Assembly (NCBI GenBank): GCA_020632075.1 | Contig: JACKGH010000001.1 | Span: 936,470 to 1,000,469 of the forward strand | DNA: 64,000 nt | Source: Candidatus Nomurabacteria bacterium | Lineage (GTDB): Bacteria; Patescibacteriota; Minisyncoccia; Phycocordibacterales; UBA918 | Direction of reading: 5' to 3' | In this document: positions 63,476 through 64,000 of the stretch, piece by piece | Layout: each line of letters opens with the position of its first letter | How positions within the stretch are numbered: the first letter of the stretch is position 1 | The notes under the pieces: model-generated | Databases searched by the model: none | What the model was told of the DNA's origin: nothing | The model's input: only the letters and a program-made list of their open reading frames with translations | Position numbers and translations under genes: made by a program

Positions 63476-64000
63476 ATGAAAAACTACCAAAGCTACTCTG
63501 GTCGCGGCATGGATATTGCCGAAAATCGCGCCGACGATCTCGATCGTCGATCCTTGGCGTATTTGGCAGAAAAGGACGATCCGTATGTGTTTGAGCTTGG
63601 TAGTGGATCCGGTGGACAGGCAGTGCGCATGGTAGCAGCAGGCGCGTGCGTCGTGGCGCTTGATGTGCACGACTTCACGAGTGACTATCAGGCAAAGCGA
63701 TCTATAAAAAACATCGACGCAGCAAGACTCCGGTTTATCTCGGCTGACATGCGTCATGCGCCACAGCTGTTCAAGGGCATATCATTTGACGCTATCATTA
63801 TGCAGCGCGTCATTCACTATCTTTCTTATCAAGAGGCACTGCAGTTACTCAGCGAACTCCGCGCGCTGACGTCTGGGTCATTATTCATCTCTGTCACCGG
63901 TCTTGATTCGATGGTTGGAGATTCATACCCGCTTCGAGATGAGCCGCTAGAGAGTCGATTCGGGAAAGTGACAGACCTCGGACAAGATATGTTTGGTATT
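63476..64000 (+). CDS. class I SAM-dependent methyltransferase (3'-partial, runs off window; absent from ORF track)
   Basis: The ATG at 63476 opens an ORF that continues to the window end. Motif I is VFELGSGSGGQAVRMV, and an acidic motif-II-like VVALDVHD follows. Confidence 0.55.
   Translation, partial: MKNYQSYSGRGMDIAENRADDLDRRSLAYLAEKDDPYVFELGSGSGGQAVRMVAAGACVVALDVHDFTSDYQAKRSIKNIDAARLRFISADMRHAPQLFKGISFDAIIMQRVIHYLSYQEALQLLSELRALTSGSLFISVTGLDSMVGDSYPLRDEPLESRFGKVTDLGQDMFGI

Noticed and set aside
1-64000. Searched for CRISPR arrays, rRNA, tRNA and tmRNA.
   Set aside because: There are no regularly spaced direct repeats with spacers. No intergenic segment shows tRNA hallmarks (GTTCRANYC T-loop with matching acceptor stem) on visual scan, and there are no 16S/23S-like conserved stretches. 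Infernal/tRNAscan would be decisive.

Overview
The window is a bacterial chromosomal segment in the standard genetic code. TGA is an ordinary stop and the long housekeeping genes show no in-frame TGA. GC looks roughly 50% by eye; I did not compute it.

The backbone is the translation core: fusA, tuf and rpsJ, then rplC-rplD-rplW-rplB, then rpsS-rplV-rpsC-rplP-rpmC-rpsQ-rplN-rplX-rplE, then Z-type rpsN-rpsH-rplF-rplR-rpsE-rplO-secY, and finally a cmk-like gene, two tandem adk-like genes and map. L30 is absent, and S12/S7 are not upstream of fusA.

This normally contiguous S10/spc/alpha supercluster is split into blocks by four accessory islands:
- 14037-24687 (about 10.6 kb): an FAD-oxidase / membrane protein / DoxX redox module, an operon of membrane proteins, a phosphoribosyltransferase fused to a PQQ beta-propeller, and a large secreted protein with Ig-like repeats.
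- 27325-32879 (about 5.5 kb): a peptidoglycan-binding protein with a long polyacidic region and a candidate HExxH metallopeptidase.
- 36634-52624 (about 16 kb): about 15 membrane or secreted proteins, including MscS, an AI-2E transporter, an orphan substrate-binding protein, and three tandem paralogous membrane-protein cassettes that each carry their own TTGATT-16/17-TATAAT promoter and a conserved CCCGAGC hairpin terminator.
- 56533-61421 (about 4.9 kb): a DUF2339-like membrane protein, a TSP3-repeat protein, a candidate L,D-transpeptidase-fold protein and a lipoprotein.

The left edge carries a TerY-P-like triad on the minus strand: a vWA protein, a PP2C phosphatase and a Hanks-type kinase. 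The kinase ORF runs off the window edge and is missing from the supplied ORF track; I recovered it by manual translation. This region also has an isochorismatase-family hydrolase, a GIY-YIG nuclease, a Kazal-like secreted protein, an ECF sigma factor with a DUF5667 anti-sigma partner, and an XRE regulator with a small membrane protein.

The window has many intrinsic terminators of one GC-rich tetraloop hairpin family and several structured 5' leaders, notably upstream of rplC, rplE, tuf and rpsN. I found no rRNA, tRNA, CRISPR array, transposase or integrase. Gene content and order (no L30, extended r-proteins, many small membrane proteins) would fit a Patescibacteria/CPR-like or otherwise streamlined lineage, but that cannot be established from this sequence.
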